The notes beneath the pieces were generated by a model. It saw only the letters and a program-made list of their open reading frames with translations, ran no database searches and was not told where the DNA came from. The position numbers and the translations under genes are program-made. From Octopus vulgaris (lineage: Eukaryota): a DNA stretch of 64,000 nt. The stretch spans positions 153,450,001-153,514,000 of the forward strand of contig OX597815.1 in assembly GCA_951406725.2 (NCBI GenBank). The letters are read 5' to 3'. Shown here piece by piece: positions 40,738 to 55,281 of this stretch. Within the stretch, counting starts at the first letter, position 1. Each line of letters starts with the position of its first letter.

Positions 40738-41729
40738 TGAGTTTGGAGGGATATATTATCCAGGCAGATACTGTATTAGCTCTCAGTTGAGTTCCAGTTA
40801 ATGGCTAACCACAACGATCAGTATTTAACGTCTGTGGCTATAATTTGTTGGTCACTTTGTGAATTGTTCCAGGAATTCTTTGCTGGATAGTAAAAATCAT
40901 CTGTAGTATATGTTGATATTAATAATGATAAGAACATGAAGACTTGTACATCCTCAAAATTTATTTTATAGTTATGTACAGAATGTTATAATGACCTACA
41001 TATGTTTCTGCTTAGTCACTACTCACTGTTTCAAATGCAACCTTGCAATAATGTTGGTGCCATTTCATCAGGTTCTGTCCATTTGATTGTCCTTGAAGTG
41101 AACTGATTGAAGTAAATTTTTCTTAGTGTTCTGTGGGAGTGGGGGTGTTGTTATTTATAGGTATGTGCTGCTGACTTCAACATCACTCCTGTCTGAAGTG
41201 AGGGCTTAGTCTAAAACAGGTCATGGTCGAGATTATTGTTTTTGTAAGGCTTTTGTTTGTTTTAATGATTGCGTGTGTTATGTCTTTGATTTCAAGTGTA
41301 GTGCTTGTATTGAAGGGTTCAAATTTGTTTATTTTCATTTTTTGGTTTTGGCTGCTCATGATTTGTGTTATACAGTGGGTAGGGATTGTTCTTTTTTTAA
41401 TAATGGTTGTTAAATATTGTTATGTTTAGGTAATGTTATTCTATTTGTTATATCAAGCTCAATTGTTGCTGAGGCATTGGTTATCTAGAATTATCCCTAT
41501 ATCGTTTAAAGGTCCTACTGTATTTGTGTAAACATCTTAAGGCTTGTTCGTGTCTTGTGTTAATTAATGTGAGTTTTGATGTAAATTTTTGGTAAAGTTC
41601 TATGCATAGGTCCCATCTATTTCCCCTTACTGGATAAGGCTTAGTGGTACTAATTAGTTACCAATCAATAGAATAGCTATTGTTTTTGCTTCTAATTGAC
41701 CAAATTAGTTTGCTTAAGCACCATTTGAG

Positions 41730-41951
41730 CGTGGTCATTACCAGTGCCATGTGACTGGCCCCTGTGCTGGTAGCATGTAAAAAGCACCCTCTACACTCTT
41801 GGAGTGGTTGGCATTAGGAAGGGCATCCAGTTGTTGGAACCTTTCCAGATCAGACTGGAGCCTGGTGCAGCCTCCTAGCTTGTCAGTCTTCAGGCTAACC
41901 GTCCAACCCATGCCAGTATGGAAAGCAGACGTTAAACGATGATGATGATGA
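41730..41951 (+). mobile_element. SINE or LINE-tail repeat ending CATGCCAGCATGGAAA..GACGTTAAACGATGATGA
   Basis: Many copies, at about 11140-11325(+), 11600-11770(-), 28030-28270(-), 29245-29450(-), 30008-30330(-) and 32440-32605(+); (TGA)n tail as in RTE elements. Confidence 0.8.
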
Positions 41952-42391
41952 GGCTTGTATTATTTGTTTTCCTATCTCTGAAAGAATTCAAATGATTGGC
42001 TAGTCTCTTTTTGAAAAAAGAGAGCTGGCCCCTACATAAAAGTATTCTTTTCCCTATATATAGACATGTCTGTTGATTCACCAAAAGTTTAAATAACAGA
42101 ACTCAGTGCAAATGTAGAGCATTCTTTAATACATTGTGACTGAAAGGCTCTGATTTCCAGCATTCAGAGTTACTCATATCTGAGCCTGGTTTCCTTCTGA
42201 AATATCCATTGTCTGGATTTTTTTTTTTTTTTTCTGAAATAAGAAATGTAACTTTGAAGCAAGTGCTTATCCTTATGTTCTTCTGTTTAAAAACCTTTTT
42301 AAACAACACATGCAAAAAACAGCTACTTCAAGCTCACACTTTTGATTTCATTTCTGGTTTTCAAACTCATACAAATGAAACCATGAAAATG

Positions 42392-42608
42392 CATTGCTAG
42401 ATTATTCTGTCAAACATAATGCCTATTGATTCCCATTGATTTGAATTAATCATGCATTATCTCATATCTTCAAGATCTTGATGGTGTAATTACTTAATGT
42501 AGAATAACATTGTAGGGTAGGTGTGAGAGCCTGGATCTGGTCAGTTTGAACATAAAACAGATTAGCTATTTTGGCCTGATATGGCCGGTTTGAATACTAA
42601 AGGGTTAA
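42392..42608. mobile_element. piggyBac-like MITE remnant
   Basis: Ends TTTGAATACTAAAGGG-TTAA; related copies begin TTAA-CTCTTTAGCATTCAGA at 21181 and span 47325-47554. Confidence 0.6.
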
Positions 42609-43705
42609 GCAATGTTCCAAAGTAATACTTTTAACCAATGTTTTTAAAAATAATAAGTGTGTATGTGGATATTCATTTTGCATGTGCCTGTGCAGATGCA
42701 CACACTCATACACGCATATATATACAAAATTATGTATTCGTGTACACATATATACAAATGTATATATACACATGTGTGCATACAGACCCACACACACACA
42801 CACACATATTAAAACATATCAATAAAACCTATTAATCAAACATTTCAAAATCAATGTTTTTTTCTGAATCAGAACAAAATTCAAAGAAGCTTACATTTGC
42901 ATAAAAGATACTTGGTCACATGCATACAACACATTAACAGTCCAGTTCTTTCAAACTATTACTGTCTTGAGTCAAGATTCTCAATTTTTCACTAGAAAAA
43001 AGTTCACAATGCATCTTTTATTTGAAACTGTAATAGAAGACAGATTGAAACTCAGGCTATAGATCTTTCCCCTTGTAGCATACCTCTGCTTTATGCCATT
43101 TGCTTATTGATTACTTTTGGCTTGATAAAAGGTCAATATTTCTATACATAAGAAAGCGTAACTGATTGAAACAATTTTAGTTTATTATTATTCATACCTT
43201 CCTTTTGAAAAGACAGATAATTTTGATCCAAATCGGATTCGAAACTAAAACAAGTAAAAGTAAAAAACTAAATTCATCAAATATTTACAGTCCTAGAATT
43301 CTTGGTTTAATCCCACTGCAAGGCACTTCAGGCAAGTTTCTTCTACTATAGCTTTGGGTTGGCCAATACCTTGTGAATGATATTTGGCTGATGCAAACTG
43401 TATAAAGAATATAAAATATCAGTAAAAAAAAAAGAAACCCATAAAACCAACGTTTTAAGAACAAAACAGATATTTATTCTGTCTCAAGTTACAGGTACTT
43501 CCTTGCTACTCTTACTCATAGAAATGTTTTGAACCAGTAACTATCATATTGGAAACAGATAACCAATAATACTATTGTATCCAGCAGTCATGATTTAAAA
43601 TAAATGAGTATATAAGATATACAGTAAGGTATACAACTGTTTTTCCATTTAGACACATACAATTTTAGGGGACAATGTATTCTATTAAATCAATTCCAGT
43701 CTTTA

Positions 43706-44105
43706 ACTCTTTTACTTGTTTCAGTCATTTGACTGTGGCCATGCTGGAGTACCGCCTTTAGTCGAGCAAATCGACCCCAGGACTTATTCTTTATAAGCCT
43801 AGTACTTATTCTATCAGTCTCTTTTGCCGAACTGCTAAGTTACGGGGATGTAAACATACCACCATCGGTTGCCAAGTGATGTTGGAGGGACAAACACAAA
43901 CACATAAATACACACACACACACACACACATATATACATATATACGATGGGCTTCTTTCAGTTTCCATCTACCAAATCCACTCACAAGGCTTTGGTCGGC
44001 CCGAGGCTATAGTAGAAGACACTTGCCCAAGGTGCCACGCAGTCGAAATGAGCCCAGAACCATGTGGTTGTTAAGCAATCTACTTACTACAGCCACTCCT
44101 GTGCC
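43706..44105 (-). mobile_element. Full-length, relatively young major SINE in DNAI1 intron 2
   Basis: Reverse complement of the family; retains several CpGs. Confidence 0.9.
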
Positions 44106-44459
44106 TAGTACTTTATTTTATTGACCTATCACCTGGAAGGATAAAAGATGATCTTGCCAAGATTTGAACTTAGAAACTAAATAGTTATAACTAAATACCA
44201 CATAGTATGTTTGTCTGACATTAATGAGTCTGTTATATATGCTTCATATTAACTGCAAACTGATGGCCAGTATGGGACAAAATGTCTTTCGCTGCATTTA
44301 GTTATAACCTTGGTCATTTTGTTTTCAAATCCTACTAGACTGACTTTTGTGTTTCTTCATACAAAGCTACTGATAAAATCAATACCAGTCAAATTCTCAG
44401 TTAATATAATCAAAAATACCACACCACTATCTGTTAGCGATCAGTATTGTAGAGAACAT

Positions 44460-44765
44460 GTGGAGGTGCATGGCTTAGTGGTTAGGGTGTTGGACTCATG
44501 ATCATAAGATTGTGGTTTCAATTCCTGGACCGGGCAATGCGTTATGTTCTTGGGCAAAACTTTTCATTTCATCTTACTCCAGTTCACTCAGCTGTAGAAA
44601 TGGGTATCACTAGTGGAGGCACGTTGCTTAGTAGTTAGGGTGTTGGATTCACAACCATAAGATTGTAGTTTCAATTCCTGGATCAGGCGATCTGTTGTGT
44701 TCTTGAGCAAAACATTTCATTTCACATTGCTCCACTCCATTCATCTGGTAAAAATGAATTTAACC
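44460..44765 (+). mobile_element. Two tandem tRNA-SINE 5' halves
   Basis: GTGGAGG..GCTTAGT.GTTAGGGTGTTGGA..GTTTCAATTCCTGGA repeated at 44460 and about 44613; same family at 25493, 26865-27165(-) and 45545-45850(-). Confidence 0.8.
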
Positions 44766-46790
44766 TGGAGAATGATAGACTCCACCAGGTTTTCTCACCA
44801 AAGATATGCTGCATGACTGCAGCACCCCATTGATCCCCAAGGGGTTAAGGAACTTGTCCAATGTAGTGGAGAACTGAACTTTGAGGGAACATCAGTTCCT
44901 TCATGTTTCTGTGTTCAAGTCCTATTAAGTCTGCTTTAGTATCCCTTCACATATCAATAAATTGAATGTTAGTCTCGTGTTGGGTATGGGATTAAGTAAC
45001 AATATGATTCATAAGTTCAAACAATATTACTACACCCATTGTTTTTTCCCTTCACCAGATAAAGCAAATAGTTATGTCAAATAAAACAGATTCCATTTGT
45101 ACCACATAGATGAATGGTAAACAACATGCAAATCCATGCTTCTGTAACACTGCACATATCCTGGTTTCCAAATAACTACATAATGTCCTGCATATTATAA
45201 GAGGTGACTAAAAGAGTTGATGACAGTAAAATACTACCTCAGAAAACCTGTCCAACCCATATCAGCAGAGAGAGAGTATATAAAACGATGATAATAATGA
45301 TGACATCCATGCTTCTACTTTAATATGGATGTTTTCTCTTTACGGCCTGAGTTCAAATCCCACTGAGGCTTATTTTGGTTTTCATCTTTCAGGATTGATA
45401 AAATAAATTCCAGTCAAGTTACTGGGACCAATGTTGTTAACTTCCCCCTCCCCTCAAAACTGTAGGTCGTGTGCTAAAAATTAGAAAGGATATCAATATT
45501 AATACGTATATGGATTTTAACACTAAACAAGCAATATAAGCTGGTTCCAACGATAAGGGTTCCAGTTGATCTGATTAGCAGAATAATCTGCTAATGGAAT
45601 TAATGTGCAAGTGGTTGAGCACTCCATGGACACTCATACACTTAACATAGTTCTCAGGGAGATTCAGCATGACAAAAGAAGTAAAAAGGCTGGTCCTTTG
45701 AATTACAGGTATTACTCATTTTTACCAGCTGAGTGGACTGGAGCAATGTGAAATAAAGTGTCTTACTTAAGAACACAATATACTCCTGAAATTAAACTCA
45801 TGTCCTTGTGATTGTGAGCTGAAAACCCCTAACCACTAAACCATACACATTCAGCAATATACTAAGATAAAATCAATTAGTGAAACTCTGTGCCTCTTCT
45901 ACTGAAAGAATCATGAATTATGTTTTGGAGTGGTACTTGTAAGCAATTGCCTTGACCTGAGATTGCATTTACCTCAAGCCTAAAGGCTTAAGCGGCTGGA
46001 GCTTATCAGGATTTTCAAAGCATTTATCCTGAGAGAACAAGATTCCGCCATTGAAATTGATGTCTGTCTATCAGAGTTAAAGCCACTCAATGCGACTGTG
46101 CCATTTTCAGCTGTGAGCACTGGAGCAATACAAAATAAAGAATCTTGCTCAAAGACACAATGCTTAGCCAAACCCAAGAATTAAACTCACGAACTAGCAA
46201 ATTGTAAGCCTAAAACCTAACCTCAAAGCCACATACCTTCAATGAGTTCATGCGTTGAAACTGAATTAATTTCAATGTGAAAGAATCACCCACACCATTT
46301 AAAACATACACATATAATGTTAACATACAATGTTAACTTGTCTTCTTTTGTGATTTCTTGATAGTATTGTTTACAGTTTACTAATTGTGTCAGTGATCAA
46401 GTTGTGGAGGTTTAACAACAGTTTTTGACACAAGTAGTGTTAAGGACTATCGACAAATAAAACAAATAAAACAAAGACAATGTAATGGTATATGTGTTGT
46501 TTAAATGATTATCCTGACTATACAACGAATGAAATGCTATTTTTATTCTTTATCTTTCACTTGTTTCAATCACTGGACTGTAGCCATGCTGGGGCATTGC
46601 CTTGAAGGGATTTTAGTTGAACAAATCAACCCCAGTACTTAAGTTTTAAGTCTGATGCTTATTCTATTGGTCTCTTTTGTCAAACTGCTTCTTTATGAGA
46701 ACATAAGCAAGCCAATATTAGTTGTCAAGTGGTGTGTGTATGGCAGGGAAGAAAACAGACACAGGCATAAAGACACACACACACACACAA

Positions 46791-46841
<51 letters not shown>

Positions 46842-47629
46842 ACAGACTTCCACAGGTCCCATCTACCAAATTCACTTGCAAGGCATTGGTTGGCCTGGGG
46901 CTGTAGTAGGAGAAACATTTGCCTGAACCTAAAATCTTATGGTAGCAAAGCGAGCTTCTTAATTAAACAAACATTAAAAAATTAATAATGAGAAGCATAT
47001 AGAATGGAACAAATTATGAGGGTCACAATAGTTATGAGGCTAAAGTCCTGAGTTTTATTGTTCATATCATTATAAGTTCATATCTTATAATAGCAGTTAT
47101 TGTGTTTGTAGTCCTAAGTAAAGCACATAACTCTGTTTCCCTCAGTTTGGTTGATAACCAGAATAGTTTCCCTCACACTTTATGGTTGAAGTTTTAGAAG
47201 TAGGAAGGTCATCGAGCTTTTGAGAACAAAACACAACAGTTTCATTAAAATCTATCAATTATGACAAAAATGGACATGGAAAATTTGGAAAAAAAATCTA
47301 ATTCATAGTTTTTTTTTATGTCTCAACTCATTAGCTTTCAGGTTACTCTGTCAAATGTAATACTTACTTATTCACATTGTTTAGAATTAACTACACATTA
47401 ATCTCGTAGCTTCTGGATTTCAGTGAGGTGATTGTTTATTTTTACAATGATATAATTGTAGGGTAGGTATGAGAGATTGAATCTGCTAAATTTGAACATA
47501 AAGCAATTGGAATATTTTGGCTATATATAACCAGTTTCAATGCAAAAAGGTTAAAGTCTTGCATTAAGAATATGTTTTTATTTGTAGTCTAGTAATCAGC
47601 GTAACAGTGGTCATCATGGTAATCATCAA

Positions 47630-47663
<34 letters not shown>

Positions 47664-47909
47664 TATACTTCAACATTTGCTATGCAAATAACATATTTTT
47701 CCTTACTAATATTACTAACAGCCATCATCGGTGATACTAACAAAAGGTATATCAAAACGGAGATTAAGTGTTTCCAAACAAGCTGGATCAACAAAGGTAT
47801 CATAACTGTTGTTATTATTGTTGTTGTTATAGTTTGTTATTGCTATTGTTTATAACTGTTTTATATATATTAATACATATATAAATATATCTATATCTTT
47901 TATCCTTTA

Positions 47910-47946
<37 letters not shown>

Positions 47947-48277
47947 TATATTTGTCCACTCTCTAGACTCATTCTTACTTTTCAAGCATCCAAAATGACA
48001 AGACCCCTTTGTCACACGAATTGATTACTTCACAATGTCCCTTGAAAAGCTAATTTAAATAGCAAAAACCGGTTGGATTTCACGACATCCATAAAATATG
48101 TATATATATAAAAAATTTCTTTATAAAAAGATATTAAACTATGTGAAATGAAAGCATTTCTCTTCCACTTTTTATATGTTTTCCACATATTTTCAACCAA
48201 TATATATATATATATCTGTGTATATATATATATATATATATAATAGAAATATTAAAATTACTAAGTCTCTCTAAAAC

Positions 48278-48316
<39 letters not shown>

Positions 48317-48319
<3 letters not shown>

Positions 48320-48690
48320 TCATCATTGTTCAACCGTGGTCGAGACAATGGAATTTACCATGCTACGCCAGCCTTCACGGTCCATCATGGCATTACGGAG
48401 GTCCTGTTGCTGGATGCCTGTATCCCTGGAGATTACATCAGGGTAGGAGAGTGTGCGCCCTCTGGTATTGCGAGTAGATGGCTTCCAGAGGAGAAGAGTA
48501 GAAATTACTTCTTTTTCAGCTCTACAACAATGTCCAGCAAACTGGACTCTCCTACCTTTCACAAGAGATGACACAGGTGGTAGTTTCCCATATATTTGCA
48601 TTTTGGTTGGATGGCACTTCCACAAGAGATTTTGAGCTCTCATAAGGAGGCGAGTGTAGGTTCCATCCAACCGCCTCTCAAGCTTGAGAG
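48317..48690 (-). mobile_element. RTE-clade LINE 3' fragment
   Basis: LERRLDGTYTRLLMRAQN..RRVQFAGHCCR..LLLWKP..RGR..MDREGWR followed by stop and (TGA)n tail; young and CpG-rich. Confidence 0.88.
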
Positions 48691-49689
48691 GCGGTTCTTT
48701 CTGTATATATATACACACACATACATTCTGGTGTAAGAAATTTTCTTATCATTGTGGATTATTAAACTGCATACTCAATTAAAGCAACTTGCTTCCCACT
48801 GCAGACCTTATTCAATTTTTACTGAACTTGGATTCCAGAGTTATTTCCCTTGTTTTTCTTGGCAAGCATTATCATTAATGCTAATGATACTTCTTTTCAC
48901 TACTTTTTCCTTTTTTCATTTTATATTTTATATTTTGAAGATGGGATCGCTACATTAAATATGTTAATATCCACTTAATCATGGATCAATTAACACAGCT
49001 AGGAAGCTTATACATGGCCAACTGAGCTGTTCAATAGGCAGACGCCAAGTCTCACTCAACGAATTCCGTATATTCTTTGAAATGGAGAAATTAGAATAAT
49101 TTGTCCTATTATATGAACAGAACTACATAACAGTAACCACAAAATCTCAGTTTCCACTTAGGAAACATTGGCACAGTGCTACAAATTTATTTGTAGTTAT
49201 GGGTAGAGTTGAGTTGATCACCCTCAGTTCTTGAGTGTTGCTTTTCCTCAACCCCAGAAGGATGAAAACAAAATTGACTTTGGTTTTGTATTCAGAATAT
49301 AGAGTGACATAAACTATACACCATAGAATATTTTGAATACTACTCTATCAATTTATTCATGTTCCACTTTATAAGGCTGATGAAACAATACTGGTAATTA
49401 ACAATACTGGTAATAGCCATTTAATTGACTGTACTCCTTTGTGTTAATAAGCAAAATCATTATGCTTAGAACAGTTTTTACTCAATGCTTAGTGGCATTT
49501 TGTCCATTCTTATATTCAAAATTCAAATTCCTGTGAAGTCGACTTTGCCTTTCATCCTTTTGGGATTGACAAGAACAAGTTGAGCACTGGGGATGATATA
49601 ATAGACTAAACCTCTTCTCTGAAATTTCTCGCCTTGTTCCAAAATTTGCAACCAATATGATCCTGTATTTGCACAAGAATGTGTATGTG

Positions 49690-51990
49690 TATTGTTAGTA
49701 CGATGGTTGATAATTTTATGGGTGTCTGCCAAGTCAGCTGCTAGACGTCGGAGTTTCAATGTGTCCATGCCCATGGAAGTAAGGCGTTCAGGATATGGCA
49801 AATGCCTGATGGAGGGTATTCTTTTGGTTGCACGTCGCTGAACAGCTTCCAGACGATTGATATCTTGGGCAAGATAGGGGTTCCAGACCGGTGATGCAAA
49901 TTCCTGGTGAGGTCTTACCATAGCTATATAAAGCTGCAGATAGATAGCCGGAGAGCGGCTCACAAAGGATTTGGTGAGTGATGCCAAGACACCCTCAGCC
50001 TTCTTGACAATTTTAGCGATGTGTTTTGTCCAACACAAATCACTGTCGACAATAACACCCAGGTAACGTTCGCATGAAGACTTTTTGAGACTAGTGTTGT
50101 GGAGGGAGTAGGTGGACGTTGGGTTTCTCCTCCCAAAATGCATGGTGGTACATTTGTCCACAGCCAGCTTGAGTTGCCAGTCCATGATCCACTGCTGCAT
50201 TGTGTCCAGGTCTGCTTGCAATAGAGATCTATAGTGTACAGGATTTGACCTCTTTATTTCGAGGTACAGCTTGATGTCATCTGCATATTTCAGCACTGTG
50301 GCATTCTTTAAGTTGGCATCTATGTCATTAACATATGCAACAAATAAAAGGGGGCCAAGAACAGATCCCTGTGGTACACCAGATGTCATCTCATAGGGCG
50401 AAGAGTGCTGTCCTAAAACTGTGACATCCTCTTTTCGGCTGAAAATAAAGGACTTCAACCAGTTATAGAGTTCGTCTCTTACACCCAACGCAGAAAGCTT
50501 CACCATAAGTCTTTTGTGTGACACAGAGTTAAAAGCCTTAGCAAAGTCCAGGTAAACAACATCCACCCAGGATCCGCGATCAGTGATTTGGGTAATGTCC
50601 TCAAGAAACTTGATGAGTTGACTACAGCAGCTGGAGTTAGGAATAAATCTGAATTGTGACGGCTGGATGAGGCTGTGAGACTTCCAGAAGTTCCAGAGGG
50701 TTTCTCTGATACAGGATTCCATCAGTTTGGTGATGCAGCTAGTAAGACTGACGGGGCGATAGTTGACAGGCGATGTGCGGTTGCCTTTTTTGAACAGAGG
50801 GATGACACAGGCAGTTTTCCACTGTTCTGGAGTAACACCATTGTCAAGACAGAATTGGAAGAATAGAGAAAGTTGGCTTAGAAGAAAGTACCCACCGCGT
50901 TTGAGAAGTAGGTATGTAACACCATCGAGACCAGGAGAGGCATAATTGCATTTATTCTTAAGGTGGCGTTGCAGCATTGCTGGTGTAAATTGCATAGTAG
51001 ATATAGAGTCTGATGTCAGTGGTGATGAAGATGGAACATTTTGGTCTTCGACAGTAAAGATGCCGGCATAGCATCCAGCAATGATTTCTGCACATTCTTC
51101 GGGATTGCCAGTAATCTGTCCTGTGTGGGGATTGCGAAGGGGACCAACTGGAGAGTGGAGTCTCTGCTTTGAGTGCACATACTTCCAGAACACTTTGCTG
51201 TCAGGGTTAGCTGCAATGCGTTGTTCAAATTCAAGCACTGCCTTTTTTGTCACCTGCTTGAGGTGGTTGGCTGACCTATTGCGCTTTTTCCTGTTGCTCT
51301 CTGATTTGTGCAATTTGTATTCCTGTTCAGCATTACGGCGTTCTTTCCTGGCAAGTCGGACTGCTGCAGTCTCCCAAATTGCACTATTGGGTGGTTTTTT
51401 GTGCTTGTGTGGTACTGATGCTGCACATGCTGCCCATATTGAATTCAGAATGTTCTGGAGTATAGTGTCCACATCTCCAGAGGCATAAAATTCGTGCCAG
51501 TTTGGGCGTTGCAGCTCAGTACAATAAGAGCTCCAGTTTGCTTTATTCCAGTCAAAGCGGGCAGTCTGAAGATGGTTGTGTTTTTTGTTACAACCAATCA
51601 GAGACAAGTTGGCCATGATCATGGAATGATCAGAGTCACCTAAAGGTTCTTCGGTAGTGACACTAATGATTGTTTCAGGAGAAGCGGTAAGTAGCAGATC
51701 CAAAGTGTTGTTACCCCTTGTGGGAGAGGTAACAACTTGGGACCAATTTGAATTCAGCACCAGTTCAAGGAAATCGTCTGCACTTTGCAGCCAACGGAAG
51801 GCCTCCCAGTCAATCTCAGGGAAATTGAAGTCGCCCGCAATTTACACATATGTGGCTGTTTTCATGGCAGCGGCTCTGAGGATATCAAAAAGCTGTGCGT
51901 CTTGGCGATAATTTGGAGGACAGTAAACGAGATACTGCAAGCCATCTTGCTTTACCTTTTAACAGGTCTGTCAATCCACTATATTGGACT
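49690..51990 (-). mobile_element. CR1/L2-group LINE ORF2: C-terminal part of the APE endonuclease plus a complete RT domain; both ends truncated
   Basis: AGDFNFPEIDW, PTRGNNTLDL, SDH, SPGLDG, PLFKKG, NYRPVSLTS, YLDFAKAF, GVPQGSVLGP, YADD, YLGV, LEAVQRRATK. Confidence 0.95.
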
Positions 51991-53381
51991 GGCAACCCTT
52001 GCCAGCATGGAAAACAAGTGTTAAATGACGATGATGATGATGATGATGACTCTGAAAGGAGGAAAAGCAAAGTTTGTCTTGACATTTGAATACAGAGCTT
52101 AGAGAGTTGGGATAAATACTACGATGCATTGTATCTAATACTCTAACAACTCTGCCATATTCCAGTTCTTGTATTTCTTTTGTTTCTTTTATTCCGTAAT
52201 GTATGCAACAAATGCCTTAACAAGTCTGCCAGCTCCATGCCTTAATGAAGGGCATTAAAAATATAAGCAAAATGAAATAGTTTCAACTCAATCCATTACA
52301 TAGTTTAGCCCAAGCACATGATTGCTGGGTGCTTTGTATAAAGTCCTTTCAAGTGCAAACATTTGGCCCAGGCCCCTGGTCTGAGAATAATTCTCCTTTT
52401 ATTCTCATAGTCTTGTAGACCATAGAAATGGTTATAGGTGCAGTGCTTCCTCATTTAACAAAATCATTAAAAAACAAAATTAAAACCTGGGATCATTTTG
52501 CAGACTTCTTCTTATGGTTTAACCCCTCATAGAGAAGCCCACTAATCTGATTAAAGGTATCCTAGCCATGACCATCCTTTTGACTTATTGAGCATTGTGT
52601 ATATATGACAATATTATCCAACGTTGCCTTCCCTTTTTGAAAAAAATGTAGGGGTGAAGCTTAAGAAAGATTTAGCTGTTATTTCTAGCAGGTTGATTAA
52701 CTTCATAAATCCTTTTGAGTTGGCTCATTTTATTGATTTGTTTTAACAGTAGCTTTCTGTCTACTTTGTAACACCATATTAGCTAATTTAAAGCTAATCT
52801 ATTTGATGAATCTCCAGTTTCTATAATGTAAAACAGGTGAGAGATAAATCTTTCTTGGCAAATATGCTTGTCTGTAGAAATAGCTTTTCCTACAGCTGGA
52901 ATAAAACTCAGCACTGCAAGCTGCTAATAAAACACATTAGTTCCACAGTGCTACATGCATTTGTAATCTTGATTTAGACTAGCTCCAACCTGCAAGGGAT
53001 ATCAGCCAAATTTCCATATAATCACACCCTAGTGCCTTAAAAAATCAGAGACAAGGTAAATATATGTCTCAAAAAAATGAGGATAGTCTTTGATTACAAG
53101 TTTACTTTATTGAGGCTGATCTAAACCAACTTACAACTTGCGAAGTTCAATTGCTAAAAGCTAAATGTCTTGAATAACACTATAAAGTACCAGTGACAGG
53201 GCATGAAACACTGGCCTTTTAATTGGATATTCAATACAATGCTAAGTCAGCTAATTGTGATCTTACATGCTACGTTAAGTTACAAGTGAAATTGTGTCTT
53301 TTGTTTTCATAATTACTTTCATAAAGATTTTCAGTTCCTTGAAATTTTATAAAATGTTTAAATTGTTGTCATATTTTGAAG

Positions 53382-53435
53382 GATGGTGATGATTTAACTG
53401 AAACTGGGGATGCTGATACAGAAGACTGGATGCAT
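53382..53435 (+). CDS. DNAI1: DNAI1 coding exon 3 (DGDDLTETGDADTEDWMH)
   Basis: Acceptor TTTTGAAG| and donor CAT|GTAAGT; 54 nt, phase 0-0; resembles human DEDSGTEVGEGTDEWAQ (recalled). Confidence 0.85.
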
Positions 53436-53458
53436 GTAAGTATGATACAATATATTCC

Positions 53459-53686
53459 TTAACCTTTTGATGCCAACCTGCTTAAGACCACCTTTGACTC
53501 TGTGATACAAACTTCTTATATTAAAGTGATCTAAATTAAACTATTCATTAAAATTTTGTGCTAATTTATGTTCCAAACACTAGTTTAATAATGAAAAACT
53601 TATTTTAGTAAATTCTTCATTATCTTCAGAATCAATTGAAATAAATGTAGTATATTTTAAAAGAAATATGTCAACAAAGCAGTTAA
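53459..53686. mobile_element. TTAA-flanked piggyBac-like MITE, with a second partial copy at 53995-54205
   Basis: TTAA-CCTTTTGATGCCAAC...CAAAGCAG-TTAA; the two copies are colinear direct repeats. Confidence 0.6.
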
Positions 53687-54558
53687 ATGATAAGTCTATT
53701 CTACTAAAAGTACTAAGTGATGACTGAATTATCTAATGGGAATAAATTTGATAAGATGAAGTGGCAAGTACAATGTAGTGTATCCAATATAATTTTACAC
53801 CAAAGATGTTAGTAGTTAATTCATTAAAAAACTACATCACAGCATTATTTCCTGCTGATAACATCAAATAGGGCACTTTGTTATATTGGGCAGTTGAAAA
53901 TATAGTTATAATATTATTATGTTAGTGCAATGTAACTGGCCAATTATTTTGTGGAGACAAAAACAGCACTGTTAAAAATAGCAGCAAAATAGATTTAATC
54001 CTTTTTGATGCCAAGCCACCTGAGACTGTCACTGGTTCTATGATACAAAATTCCTGTCTTAAAGTAATCTAAATTTAAATGTGGAATCAAAATTTTGTGT
54101 TGATTTATGCTGCAAACACCAGTTTAATAATGACAAGGTTATTTTAGCAAATTTGTCATTGTTTTAATAATTAATTGAATCAAAGTCAGCGTATTTCAAC
54201 AGAAAGAGAAGCAGACATTCTATTTTGCAATCACTAATGCCTTTACCCAGCTTGTGAAAAATACATGGTTTGAGTCCTGTCAGTGAAGTTATTTTCTGTC
54301 TCAAACTATCACCAGTAATATTTAATGTCATCTATAATATTATGCATCTTGTCATGACATTTGAGTGTTAAGATATCGGCAATCTTTGACTATAGAATGA
54401 CAGAAAGAAACAATATAAAATTTAACCTTCCTTTTAATGTTAATTATTGAATGAGATAACTGAAATCTTTTAACATAACAAAATAAGTTCAAATGTTATG
54501 CTTAAGTACGGAATGAAATTGGAGTCTTAGTTAAAAATCTTTAACATTATGAAACAAG

Positions 54559-54634
54559 TCTTCTTCTTCTTCTTCTTCTTCTTCTTCTTCTTCTTCTTCT
54601 TCTTCTCCTCCTCCTCCTCCTCCTCCTCCTCCTC
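54559..54634. repeat. (TTC)n(TCC)n microsatellite
   Basis: Seen directly. Confidence 0.95.
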
Positions 54635-55281
54635 TACTACCATGACTACTTTATATAAATACACAGATGTGCACGTGTGTGTGTATGTATAGGTGTATAT
54701 GTGTATATGTTTATTTACACTATGTATGCATACATTCATACACACACACACACACACACATGCATACACACACACACACACACGCACACACACATTCATG
54801 CATACACTTACCAGGACTTATTTTCAGGATGAGTGTCAACAAAAATCTATACTAATTCTATTATTTCATGTCTTTTGCTCTATTTACACCCATAGCTATC
54901 TTATATCATTGCAACTAGAGCATGAATTTAAATATATGTCATATTGTGTATAAATCAATATTGAAATTCAACTTTATTATTGATAGATAGACAGATGTAG
55001 ATGGATTTAAATAAATACTTAGATGTTGTTAAGGAAGTTTGCTTCTTAGTTACATGGCTTTGAGTTCAGTCCCACAGCATGGCAACTCAGGCAAGTGCCT
55101 TCTACTGCATCTTCAGGCTGACCAACATTTTGTGGATGAATTTAGTGGACAGAAACTGTTTTGTGTGTGTGTATATCATCTAACATCTGTTTTCTATGCT
55201 GACGTGGGTTGCATGTTTTGGCAGGATATGCTCAAATGTCAACCATGCCAAAGCTGACATTGGAGCTTGTACTTTGATTAA

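Noticed and set aside
49523-49690. C-terminal 55 aa of the 745-aa ORF as a novel domain
   Set aside because: Read-through from the truncated LINE into CA-repeat and SINE sequence.
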